Below are positions 35,749-44,378 of a stretch of DNA of 64,000 bases, piece by piece. A program made the position numbers and the translations under genes. The notes beneath the pieces were generated by a model. It was given only the letters and a program-made list of their open reading frames with translations, was not told the origin of the DNA and did no database searches. Each line of letters opens with the position of its first letter. The stretch's first letter is position 1. The DNA is from Candidatus Enterousia sp. (GTDB lineage Bacteria; Pseudomonadota; Alphaproteobacteria; Rs-D84): contig JAZONN010000016.1 in the NCBI GenBank assembly GCA_045654485.1, positions 5,176-69,175 on the forward strand, given 5' to 3'.

Positions 35749-36978
35749 ATGACAAAGAAAATAAAAAACGTTGAAAGTATTTCTGGGGTTGTTGAAAAAA
35801 AATCATTTGTTCGTCGTGCATGGGGATTTGTATGGCGTAAAAAATGGTGGTTGTTATTGGCTGCCGCTATATACATCTTGATTAAGATATTTTTTGGTGG
35901 CGCATCTGAAAAGAAAGCCGACTATATAACATTAAACATCACACGTGGTGATTTGCGTCAAGTGGTTAGTGCGACCGGCGAAATCCAACCTGTTAATACT
36001 GTAAATGTTGGTTCTCAGGTATCCGGAACAATTGATAATCTGTACGTTGATTTTAATACCAAGGTTAAAAAAGGTGATGTTTTATTAACGATTGAACCAT
36101 CTGTTCTTCAGGCATCTGTGAACGAAGCGTTGGCATCGTTGGAAAGCGCAAAATCGCAACGTGATTTGGCAAAGAGTGAATACGACCGTAATAAATATTT
36201 GTATGAACAGGGCTATATCGCACGTGCCGATATGGAAAAAGCCGAAGCGGCATATGTCCAAGCCGAACAATCTGTAAATCGTATGCAATCGCAATATGAA
36301 CGTGCGGTCACGAATTTGGGGTATGCGACAATTACATCACCTGTTGATGGAACGGTTATATCGCGTAAGGTTGATACCGGTCAAACGGTTGCGGCGTCTT
36401 TCCAAACCCCCGATTTGTTTGAAATAGCCGAAGATTTAACCAAAATGCAAATTGAAACATCTGTATCCGAAGCGGACATTGGTGTAATCAAAGAAGGTCA
36501 ACCTGTGACCTTTAACGTTGATGCGTATCCAACCGAAGAATTTGATGGTGTTGTTCGTCAAATTCGTTTGTCGCCAACGACGACATCGAATGTGGTTGTT
36601 TATACTGTCGTGATTGATGTTGATAATGCGGATATGCGTTTGATGCCGGGGATGACTGCATTTGTGACAATTGTTATATCGGAACGTGATAATGTTTGGA
36701 AAACACAAAATGCTGCATTTTTGGTTCGTAGTTTTGATACGTTTGTCCCAAATGCAAATGGTGCGACACCTGTGACGCATATGGCGTTGTTGCGTGACGG
36801 TGAAATTGTTTTGATTCCATACACCAAAGGATTAACAACCGCAACCGAAACAGAAATTATATCGGATGAAATTCGTATGGGTGATAAAGTTGTTGTTGGG
36901 CGCATGGGGGCAACGGCGACCAAACCAAATACGGGTGGTAATCGTGGTGGCAACCCAATGCGTGGCCCAAGGTTGTAA
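35749..36978 (+). CDS. Periplasmic adaptor (HlyD/MacA-like membrane fusion protein)
   Basis: N-terminal TM, then lipoyl, hairpin and beta-barrel regions (GEIQPVNTVNVGSQVSGTI..., ITSPVDGTVISRKVDTGQTV). Confidence 0.88.
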   Translation: MTKKIKNVESISGVVEKKSFVRRAWGFVWRKKWWLLLAAAIYILIKIFFGGASEKKADYITLNITRGDLRQVVSATGEIQPVNTVNVGSQVSGTIDNLYVDFNTKVKKGDVLLTIEPSVLQASVNEALASLESAKSQRDLAKSEYDRNKYLYEQGYIARADMEKAEAAYVQAEQSVNRMQSQYERAVTNLGYATITSPVDGTVISRKVDTGQTVAASFQTPDLFEIAEDLTKMQIETSVSEADIGVIKEGQPVTFNVDAYPTEEFDGVVRQIRLSPTTTSNVVVYTVVIDVDNADMRLMPGMTAFVTIVISERDNVWKTQNAAFLVRSFDTFVPNANGATPVTHMALLRDGEIVLIPYTKGLTTATETEIISDEIRMGDKVVVGRMGATATKPNTGGNRGGNPMRGPRL

Positions 36979-36980
36979 AG

Positions 36981-37007
36981 AAAAAATCCCCAATTGGGGA
37001 TTTTTTT
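36981..37007 (+). terminator. Hairpin terminator (A6-TCCCCAATTGGGGA-T7)
   Basis: Lies directly after the adaptor gene stop. Confidence 0.75.
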
Positions 37008-37012
37008 ATATC

Positions 37013-37088
37013 TGGTGCCGGTGATAGGACTTGAACCTACGACCCCCTCATTACGAATGAGATGCTCTACCAGCTGAGCTACACCGGC
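37013..37088 (-). tRNA. tRNA-Thr (CGT), CCA encoded
   Basis: Manual fold: acceptor GCCGGTG/CACCGGC, D-arm GCTC..GAGC, anticodon loop TTCGTAA, T-arm GTAGG-TTCAAGT-CCTAT. Confidence 0.93.
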
Positions 37089-37166
37089 AACGTGGAAAAA
37101 CTATAACCCATTACCAAAATAATTTCCAGTAGTTTTTTATTTTATATAAATAATAAACCTTATGTC

Positions 37167-37198
37167 AAAAAAAAACACCGGCGTTTGCCGGCATTTTT
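37167..37198. terminator. Short-form palindromic repeat/terminator (A9-CACCGGCGTTTGCCGGCA-T5)
   Basis: Overlaps the mnmG stop codon. Confidence 0.7.
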
Positions 37199-38840
37199 AC
37201 GATTTTATTTTTCTCAATACTACCATAATTCCGGCCGGTGTCATCCCCGGTATTCGTGACAGTTCCGCAATGTTTGCCGGTCGTGTTGCATTTAATTTTT
37301 CGACCAATTCATTGGTCAATCCGGCCATTCCTGTATAAACAAAATCTGCCGGTATTTTTAATTCTGAATCACGTTTGTATGCGGCGATTTCACGTTCGTT
37401 TCGTGCAATGTAACCCGCATAGAATTTATCATTTTCTGCAATGATGTCTTTTTTTATGTTGTATATTTTTTTGTACCATTCATCGGATATCAATCCCAAA
37501 CGAATACCGATTGGCCCCAAACGTGTGATTGCATTATCTGAACGTAAACTTAAACGATATTCTGCGCGTGATGTAAACATACGATATGGTTCATCAACCC
37601 CCAAAGTGGTAATGTCGTCAATTAAAACCCCAATCATAGCATTTGTTCGGTCCAGATTCAGATACTCTAACCCGCACGCGTATGCGGCGGCATTGGCACC
37701 GGCAACCAAACCTTGGGCGGCGGCTTCTTCGTATCCGGATGTTCCGTTTATTTGTCCGGCAAAGAACAAATGTGGCACGTCAACCGATTGCAGTTTTGAA
37801 TTCAGCATACGCGCATCAATTGCATTGTATTCGATTGCGTATCCGTACCTGTCAATTACCGCGTTTTCCAGACCTGCAATTGTTCGAATCCATTTGTCTT
37901 GTATGTCACTACCAAAACTGGTTGATATTCCATTTGGGTATATCAATTCGCTGTCATAACCTTCGGGTTCCAAAAATACATGGTGTGACGTATGTTCGGG
38001 AAAGCGCATAACCTTGTCTTCTAAACTGGGGCAATATCTGGGGCCTGTGCTACGAATATCACCGTTATACATAGGGGCGTCTGTTATATTTTCCCGAATA
38101 ACATTGTGTGTTGTTTCGTTTGTATGTGTGATAAAGCAAACCGATTCCAAATTGTTGTTTTCATCGCCATCTGCAAACCAATCGTGTGGCGTATCGCCTG
38201 GTTGTATTTCGCATACAGAAAAATCTATGGAATCACGGCGTATACGTGCCGGCGTTCCGGTTTTTAACCGCATTAATTTGAACCCGTTATCGGTTAAAAA
38301 TTTAGAAATATTTTTATCGGCCGCTTGGTATGTGCCATCATCTTGCAAACGTCCAGATGGTATTTTTTCATTTCCGCGCGTTACAACACCATCTAAAAAA
38401 GTGCCTGTGGTTAAAACAATTGCGCGTGCGTGATATTTATTGTTAACGGTTGCGTTTGCAAAATCTAAATCAGACACAGTTTCATATTGTATGGTTAATT
38501 TTTCATATTCACCCAATATATCCATTGTTGCTGTATGGTATAAATTGCGGTCGATTTGCGCACGTAATGCCTGGGTTGCTGCGCCGTGTGTTGCGTTAAG
38601 TGTTCGCCAATGAATGCCCGATTTGTCGGCGGCCCGCCCCATAACACCACCAAGTGCGGTGATTTCCGCCACCATTTGTGATTTACCGGGGCCACCAATA
38701 CTTGGGTTGCAAGATAGTGCCCCCAAATCAGATATGCTCTGTGTTAACAGTAATGTTTTTGCTCCACGCTGTGCCGATGCCGCTGCGGCTTCCACGCCGG
38801 CGTGCCCGCCACCGATAATAATCACATCAAAATTGGTCAT
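37197..38840 (-). CDS. mnmG: tRNA uridine 5-carboxymethylaminomethyl modification enzyme MnmG (GidA), 547 aa
   Basis: FDVIIIGGGHAGVEAA, SCNPSIGG, GTFL, C-terminal PGMTPAGIMVVL. Confidence 0.9.
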   Translation of the reverse strand: MTNFDVIIIGGGHAGVEAAAASAQRGAKTLLLTQSISDLGALSCNPSIGGPGKSQMVAEITALGGVMGRAADKSGIHWRTLNATHGAATQALRAQIDRNLYHTATMDILGEYEKLTIQYETVSDLDFANATVNNKYHARAIVLTTGTFLDGVVTRGNEKIPSGRLQDDGTYQAADKNISKFLTDNGFKLMRLKTGTPARIRRDSIDFSVCEIQPGDTPHDWFADGDENNNLESVCFITHTNETTHNVIRENITDAPMYNGDIRSTGPRYCPSLEDKVMRFPEHTSHHVFLEPEGYDSELIYPNGISTSFGSDIQDKWIRTIAGLENAVIDRYGYAIEYNAIDARMLNSKLQSVDVPHLFFAGQINGTSGYEEAAAQGLVAGANAAAYACGLEYLNLDRTNAMIGVLIDDITTLGVDEPYRMFTSRAEYRLSLRSDNAITRLGPIGIRLGLISDEWYKKIYNIKKDIIAENDKFYAGYIARNEREIAAYKRDSELKIPADFVYTGMAGLTNELVEKLNATRPANIAELSRIPGMTPAGIMVVLRKIKS

Positions 38841-39568
38841 TAAAAACGCCCCATACCACCATTTACATGTAATGTTTGCCCGTTGATGTATGCTGCTTCA
38901 TCCGATGCCAAGAACACACAAGCATTCGCAATATCTTCTGGTTCGCCAAAACGTCCCGCCGGAATTTGTGCCAAATATGTTTTCTTTAATTCTTCGGGCA
39001 AAACATCGGTCATTGGTGTTTTGATAAATCCCGGTGCGATTGAATTTGCGGTAATTCCACGTGAAGCAACTTCGGCTGCGATTGATTTTGTCATTGCAAT
39101 CATACCGCCTTTGGATGCGGCATAGTTTGCTTGGCCTGCACCACCAATTGCGCCAATAATAGATGACATGTTGATGATACGACCAAATCGATTTTTCATC
39201 ATTGGCATAATTGCTGCACGGCACATTTTAAAGCACGAACGAAGGTTGGTGTTAATTACATCTTCGAATTGTTCGTCACTCATACGCATTAACAGTGTAT
39301 CTTTTGTGATGCCGGCATTGTTAACCAAGATGTCAATTTTGCCTGCGCGTTCAATTGTTTCCATAACCAATTCAACTGCACCGCCTTCGGCCGCTAAATC
39401 GCAAGGGATTTTTATATATTCATCACCAAATTCGCTGTCCAATTTTGCGATATTGCGTCCCGATACAACAACGGTTGCGCCGGCTGCTTTCATTTTTTTT
39501 GCGATTGCGCCACCGATACCGCCTGTGGCACCTGTGATTAATGCAACTTTTCCTGATAAATCAAACAT
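38840..39568 (-). CDS. fabG: 3-oxoacyl-ACP reductase
   Basis: GKVALITGATGGIGGAIA, NAG, YAASKGG. Confidence 0.93.
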   Translation of the reverse strand: MFDLSGKVALITGATGGIGGAIAKKMKAAGATVVVSGRNIAKLDSEFGDEYIKIPCDLAAEGGAVELVMETIERAGKIDILVNNAGITKDTLLMRMSDEQFEDVINTNLRSCFKMCRAAIMPMMKNRFGRIINMSSIIGAIGGAGQANYAASKGGMIAMTKSIAAEVASRGITANSIAPGFIKTPMTDVLPEELKKTYLAQIPAGRFGEPEDIANACVFLASDEAAYINGQTLHVNGGMGRF

Positions 39569-39569
39569 A

Positions 39570-40445
39570 TTATATCTCCAATTTTTTTGCGGTTATTTTA
39601 TCTGTAATACGTGAACACAGGCCTGTTAAGACATTGCCTGGTCCAATTTCAATCTGTTCTGTTATTCCCATATCCGCCATTGCCAATACGCTTTCGCGCC
39701 AACGAACACCGTGTGTTATTTGGTAAACCAATGCGTCTTTGATTTCATTAACATCAACCAAAGGCGAACAGGTTTTGTTTGAAATGATTGGTACGATTGG
39801 TGCTTTGAATTCAATTTCATCCAATGCGCGGCGCATAATTTCTGCGGACGGTTGTTGCATACGGCAATGAACCGGCACCGACAGTGCCAAAGGCATAGCA
39901 CGCTTTGCGCCTGCTTCTTTTGCGGCGGCCATAGTATTTTCCACCACTTCACGTGCGCCGGAAATAACAACTTGACCATCTGTGTTATCGTTTGCGACAT
40001 CGCAATCGGTCTTGGCGCAAATTTCACGTACGGTATCAATATTTAATCCCATAATTACTGCGGTTAATCCCGAACCTGCGGGTGCGGCACTCTGCATAGC
40101 GTTCCCGCGTGCGCGTAATAATTTTGCCGCATCACCCACGGAAAAAGCGCCGGCTGCACACAGGGCGGTATATTCACCCAAAGAATGTCCGGCCACAAAT
40201 TCTGGCAATTCAACGCCCGACGCACGTAACATTGCAATAGATGTTGCCATAATTGCCGGTTGAACATTGGCGGTCATGGTTAAATCTTCGGTCGGCCCAT
40301 TAAAGATAATATCCGACAACTTTTCACCCAACGCATCATCCACTTCATCAAAGACCGCACGTGCGGCCGCGTTATTTTCATATAATTCGCGTCCCATACC
40401 AACACTTTGTGCGCCTTGGCCGGGGAATACAAAAATCGATGCCAT
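39570..40445 (-). CDS. fabD: Malonyl-CoA-ACP transacylase
   Basis: FVFPGQGAQSVGMG and GHSLGEYTAL. Confidence 0.95.
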   Translation of the reverse strand: MASIFVFPGQGAQSVGMGRELYENNAAARAVFDEVDDALGEKLSDIIFNGPTEDLTMTANVQPAIMATSIAMLRASGVELPEFVAGHSLGEYTALCAAGAFSVGDAAKLLRARGNAMQSAAPAGSGLTAVIMGLNIDTVREICAKTDCDVANDNTDGQVVISGAREVVENTMAAAKEAGAKRAMPLALSVPVHCRMQQPSAEIMRRALDEIEFKAPIVPIISNKTCSPLVDVNEIKDALVYQITHGVRWRESVLAMADMGITEQIEIGPGNVLTGLCSRITDKITAKKLEI

Positions 40446-40521
40446 ATCTAACCTTTTTTATTAAATTTTCATGTGCCATTATAGACAATTTTTAACAATG
40501 CGCAAACAGAATAATAATATA

Positions 40522-40549
40522 TTGACAAAAAACCTCTGTGTGATAATAT
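40522..40549 (+). promoter_or_regulatory. Sigma70-like promoter (TTGACA-16 nt-TAATAT) for the small Cys-rich ORF pair
   Basis: Consensus -35 at 40522..40527 and a -10 at 40544..40549. An AAAGGA RBS precedes the ATG at 40575. Confidence 0.55.
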
Positions 40550-40574
40550 TTGTCAGCTAATAAAAGGAATAAAA

Positions 40575-40763
40575 ATGAAATTTTGTAATCAAGATTGTGG
40601 TATTGAATGCAAATATCGTGATTTGAACGATTTGTGTTCTGCAACCAATGGTAATAAATGCAAACATTCTGTTGAAATTGCGGGTTCTGCGACTAAATCT
40701 GCGTGCTTTGTATCGTTTATGATGGCGAATATTGTAAACACACATTCACAAAAAACTAAATAA
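40575..40763 (+). CDS. 62-aa cysteine-motif protein (hypothetical)
   Basis: Good promoter and RBS. Six Cys, including CSATNGNKCKHS, which is similar to a motif in 49136..49360. Confidence 0.5.
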   Translation: MKFCNQDCGIECKYRDLNDLCSATNGNKCKHSVEIAGSATKSACFVSFMMANIVNTHSQKTK

Positions 40764-40775
40764 AGGTATACTGGT

Positions 40776-41180
40776 ATGTCACGTAAAATATTGTTAAACG
40801 AAAAAATCCAAACGTATTTGAAATATCCTGGTGGTAAAATGTACAAGTTAGGTAAACCGATTAGCGAGCAACGTGCGACCGAAATGGCACGTGAATTTGG
40901 TCGCAGTGAATCAAAATGTATTCGTGGTGGTACCGTCAAATTGTCAATAGAATTAAAAGAAACAAAACGTGGTAAATTGGTATTTGAATTACCTTATGGT
41001 CAATTTGTGAATTTTTCATGTGATGTATGTTTGGGGGCATGTGTTACGATCCCGATGGGTGCGGAATGCAAAATGAAAATATGTCGTGAATATTTGCGCC
41101 ATGGAATGTGTAAAGATCCGGTGATTTCGTCAATTATCGGATGTGGTGTGTATCCCAAAAAGTATTCAAAAACACGTTAA
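40776..41180 (+). CDS. 134-aa hypothetical protein with a Cys-rich C-terminal half
   Basis: ORF begins 12 nt after the preceding stop and is followed by a repeat-family terminator. CDVCLGAC...CKMKIC...C...C. Confidence 0.55.
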   Translation: MSRKILLNEKIQTYLKYPGGKMYKLGKPISEQRATEMAREFGRSESKCIRGGTVKLSIELKETKRGKLVFELPYGQFVNFSCDVCLGACVTIPMGAECKMKICREYLRHGMCKDPVISSIIGCGVYPKKYSKTR

Positions 41181-41182
41181 TT

Positions 41183-41220
41183 AAATTGTTAAAAAATACC
41201 GGCATTTGCCGGTGTTTTTT
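41183..41220. terminator. Short-form palindromic repeat/bidirectional terminator (AAATTGTTAAAAAATACCGGCATTTGCCGGTGTTTTTT)
   Basis: Lies between convergent genes. Confidence 0.8.
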
Positions 41221-41758
41221 ATATTTTTCTGATGCTGAATTCGCAACCGCAATAATTTTGACGATAAAATTCATTTTCGCGATTTGTTTGAACACGTAAT
41301 GCTTCGTCCCATTTTATTGGTATGTATGAAATATTGTCATCAATGGATTTGTTTGCAGCCATATCGACTTGGGATTGACTTTTGTGTCGAGATACCCCCA
41401 ACACGGATGCGATTGCGTTATATCCATTTTCGTGTGCGAATTTTACAGCACGTCTAAATCTGTATTCAAAACACAGCGAACAACGTGCGCCACGTTCCGG
41501 TTCATTTTCTGTACCGCGAATTGCGTCACGCCACGCATCGTGGTCGTATTCCAATACCGCATATTTTACCCCGCATTTTTCACAGTATCTTATTTGTTCT
41601 GCCATACGTTTGGTGTATTCGGATTCTGGAAAAATATTTGGGTTATAAAACAGTACGATAAAATCGTCGACGTTTGGTATTTGGTTGTCTGCCAATTGTT
41701 TTATTGCGCCCGACGAACAAGGCGAACAGCAAGAAACCAAAACCAAACGAATACTCAT
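41219..41758 (-). CDS. queH: Epoxyqueuosine reductase QueH (DUF208)
   Basis: CCSPCSS N-terminal motif, RCSLCFEYR, C-terminal YRQNYCGCEFS. Confidence 0.85.
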   Translation of the reverse strand: MSIRLVLVSCCSPCSSGAIKQLADNQIPNVDDFIVLFYNPNIFPESEYTKRMAEQIRYCEKCGVKYAVLEYDHDAWRDAIRGTENEPERGARCSLCFEYRFRRAVKFAHENGYNAIASVLGVSRHKSQSQVDMAANKSIDDNISYIPIKWDEALRVQTNRENEFYRQNYCGCEFSIRKI

Positions 41759-42084
41759 TATTTTACCTTTGTGTGATTGATTAATGCACGATTTGTACGC
41801 AATTTTTGTGCGCGTGTAATAATCTGTTGTGCGTGCTTTTGTTCTTGTTCGGTTGGTAATACCAATCGCAACAAAGGCATATTATTTATGTGTGTGTAAT
41901 CCACAGATTCTTTTGGTAATCTTTCTGTTATGTATTTAACAAACTTGCATTGTGCGACAGATGTACAGTTGTACAAATCGTTGCATTTGTTGCAATTGTA
42001 AAAAGTTATAAAAGACACCTGACGTGGTTCGTTTAATTTTTGATAACCGATAACTTTTACTTTTCTTCCAATATTTTCTAACAT
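41758..42084 (-). CDS. 108-aa hypothetical protein, translationally coupled between metG and queH
   Basis: Overlaps the metG stop by 7 nt and the queH start by 1 nt. Contains CNKCNDLYNCTSVAQC. No recognised family. Confidence 0.5.
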   Translation of the reverse strand: MLENIGRKVKVIGYQKLNEPRQVSFITFYNCNKCNDLYNCTSVAQCKFVKYITERLPKESVDYTHINNMPLLRLVLPTEQEQKHAQQIITRAQKLRTNRALINHTKVK

Positions 42085-44069
42085 TTGTATTCTAACCCTA
42101 TTTCTGTATTTTGTTCTAATTCAATTATGTTTTTACCACTATCGCCCTGCCCTAACTCGGCCGCACTGCACAGCATTCCAAAAGATTCAATTCCAGCAAC
42201 TGTGCGTTGTGTTATTGGTTTTTTTGTATTTGGCAACAAACATCCGACCGGCGCCAAAACGGCAATCATACCAACATGAACATTTGGTGCGCCACAAACA
42301 ACTTGGATATTTTCATCACTTCCATTATCAACCATAACAATGTGCAGGTCTTCACGTGTTGGATGTGGTTGTTCGGAAACAACTTTAACAACGGTTGGCT
42401 TTGGTGTGTTGTCTGGTTGTTTTGCAGTGTATTTTTCGTTCAGATATGCAATTTTGTCGTCGTCTATTCTGTTGAACAGATTTTCTGGTACTACAAATTC
42501 TACGCCATCTGCGATACGTGCATCGAATGTGTTTGGCCAAGACAAATCTTTTTTATCTGTGAAAACATTTTGCATTTTTTCTGCGGCGTTTGGAATAAAT
42601 GGTGCCGATACACGTGCATACAAATCAATCAATTGCATACATGTATTCAAACACTTTGCGGCCCCATCCATATCGCCGTTTTTAACCATGGCCCACGGTT
42701 CGCATTTGGTCATATATTCGTTACCAATTGCATACAGGCCACGCAGTGCCGCAACCGATGCGCGAAATTCGCATGCGTCTAATGCGCCGGTTAATTCGGC
42801 CAATTTTTGATTAATTTCATCAACCAAAACCGTATCTAATTCACCGGCATTTGGCACATTGTTGCCAAAGTTTTTCTGGGTTAATTTGCAAACTCGTGAT
42901 ACAAAGTTCCCCAACATACCGTTCAGGTCTTTGTTAACGATTTCTGCAAAACGCCCGATTGTAAAGTCCGTATCATCTGTTTCTGGTGCGGATGCGATTA
43001 ATGCATATCTCCAATAATCGGCGGGCAATTCGCGAATTGCATCATTCAAGAATATACCATTGCCGGTTGATTTTGAAATCTTTGAACCATTAAAGTTCAA
43101 GAAATTCATGCCCTTTAATACATCAACGGTTTTCCAATTATCGTTCATTGCCAATTCTTGGGCCGGAAAGAATATAGAATGAAAAGACACATTGTCTTTA
43201 CCCATAAATTGTGTGTAATGTACATCGTCTCCACCGTGCCACCAATCGGCCCATCTTTCATTTGCCGCTTGGGAAATAGAAACATACCCCCATGGTGCGT
43301 CAAACCATACATAGAAAACTTTGTTTTCATAACCTTCTTTGTTAACGGGGATTCCCCATTTCAGGTCACGTGTAATTGGGCTGTCGTGCAGACCTTCGCT
43401 TAACCATTTGTTTGCGATTGCCAATGCAGTTTTTGACCATCCGCGACGTGAATCAATCCATTGACGCAGGGTGTCTTGCATTGCGCTGGTGCGGAAATAC
43501 ATATGTTTGGTTTCGCGCATTTCAACTGGTGAATCTGGGGTGATTGCACTGTGTGGATTAATTAATTGTTCTGGTTCCAAAGTTGCGCTGCATTTATCAC
43601 ATTCGTTTCCATATGCTTTGTCGTGACCACACTTTGGGCAAGTTCCAATAACAAATCTGTCGGCCAAGAACATTTTGTCTTTTATTGAATAAGGTTGAAC
43701 GGATGTTTTTTCAACCAACATATCTTGTTCTTCTAAACGTTTGAATAATTGTTGGATTAACTTTTCTTGGCGTTCTGTGTGTGTGCGCCCATACATATCA
43801 AAAGACAAATTAAAGTCACGGGCCGATTGTTCGTGTGCAACGCGATATTTATCGACATATTCTTCAACGGACAAACCTTCCTTCATTGCGCCAACTTCAC
43901 TGGTCGTGCCGTGTTCGTCGGACCCACAAACGTACAGTACCTCGCGCCCCATTGCGCGGCAAAAACGTGCGTAAATATCACTGGGTAACCAACATCCAAT
44001 CAGATGTCCAATATGCAGATTATTGTTTACATATGGTAACGCAGAAGTAATTAAATATTTTTTTGTCAT
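42078..44069 (-). CDS. metG: Methionine-tRNA ligase with a C-terminal tRNA-binding (Trbp111/EMAP-like) domain
   Basis: ALPYVNNNLHIGHL (HIGH), KISKS, Zn knuckle CPKCGHDKAYGNECDKC, C-terminal VVCGAPNVHVGM. Confidence 0.96.
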   Translation of the reverse strand: MTKKYLITSALPYVNNNLHIGHLIGCWLPSDIYARFCRAMGREVLYVCGSDEHGTTSEVGAMKEGLSVEEYVDKYRVAHEQSARDFNLSFDMYGRTHTERQEKLIQQLFKRLEEQDMLVEKTSVQPYSIKDKMFLADRFVIGTCPKCGHDKAYGNECDKCSATLEPEQLINPHSAITPDSPVEMRETKHMYFRTSAMQDTLRQWIDSRRGWSKTALAIANKWLSEGLHDSPITRDLKWGIPVNKEGYENKVFYVWFDAPWGYVSISQAANERWADWWHGGDDVHYTQFMGKDNVSFHSIFFPAQELAMNDNWKTVDVLKGMNFLNFNGSKISKSTGNGIFLNDAIRELPADYWRYALIASAPETDDTDFTIGRFAEIVNKDLNGMLGNFVSRVCKLTQKNFGNNVPNAGELDTVLVDEINQKLAELTGALDACEFRASVAALRGLYAIGNEYMTKCEPWAMVKNGDMDGAAKCLNTCMQLIDLYARVSAPFIPNAAEKMQNVFTDKKDLSWPNTFDARIADGVEFVVPENLFNRIDDDKIAYLNEKYTAKQPDNTPKPTVVKVVSEQPHPTREDLHIVMVDNGSDENIQVVCGAPNVHVGMIAVLAPVGCLLPNTKKPITQRTVAGIESFGMLCSAAELGQGDSGKNIIELEQNTEIGLEYKC

Positions 44070-44089
44070 ATTATTTTGCCCTTTTTTAC

Positions 44090-44132
44090 AAAAAAACAGA
44101 CGCCAACGGGGCGTCCAAAATGATTCCCGTTG
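44090..44132 (-). promoter_or_regulatory. metG leader: terminator-like hairpin (GACGCC-CCGTT-GGCGTC + U-run) with an overlapping alternative stem (CAACGGG/CCCGTTG)
   Basis: Stems at 44099..44104/44110..44115 and at 44104..44110/44126..44132 are mutually exclusive. The U-run ends about 20 nt before the ATG. Confidence 0.4.
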
Positions 44133-44186
44133 AAATTTTGCAAAGATTATTTGTACATTCGCATTTTTTTACTGTCCTAAAAAAAA

Positions 44187-44263
44187 TGGTGGGTGGTATT
44201 GGACTCGAACCAACGACCTTTACGATGTCAACGTAACGCTCTAACCAACTGAGCTAACCACCC
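44187..44263 (-). tRNA. tRNA-Val (GAC), CCA encoded
   Basis: Manual fold: acceptor GGGTGGT/ACCACCC, D-arm GCTC..GAGC, anticodon stem-loop TTACG-TTGACAT-CGTAA, T-arm GTTGG-TTCGAGT-CCAAT. Confidence 0.93.
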
Positions 44264-44350
44264 AAGCGACAACCATTATAACAATAAAATTTAGATTTGC
44301 AAATAAATTATACTGTATAATTATTTTACTTTTGTGCATAAAAAACACAT

Positions 44351-44378
44351 AAAAACACCGGCGTTTGCCGGTGGTTTT
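44351..44378. terminator. Short-form palindromic repeat/terminator (AAAAACACCGGCGTTTGCCGGTGGTTTT)
   Basis: Overlaps the accC stop codon. Confidence 0.7.
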
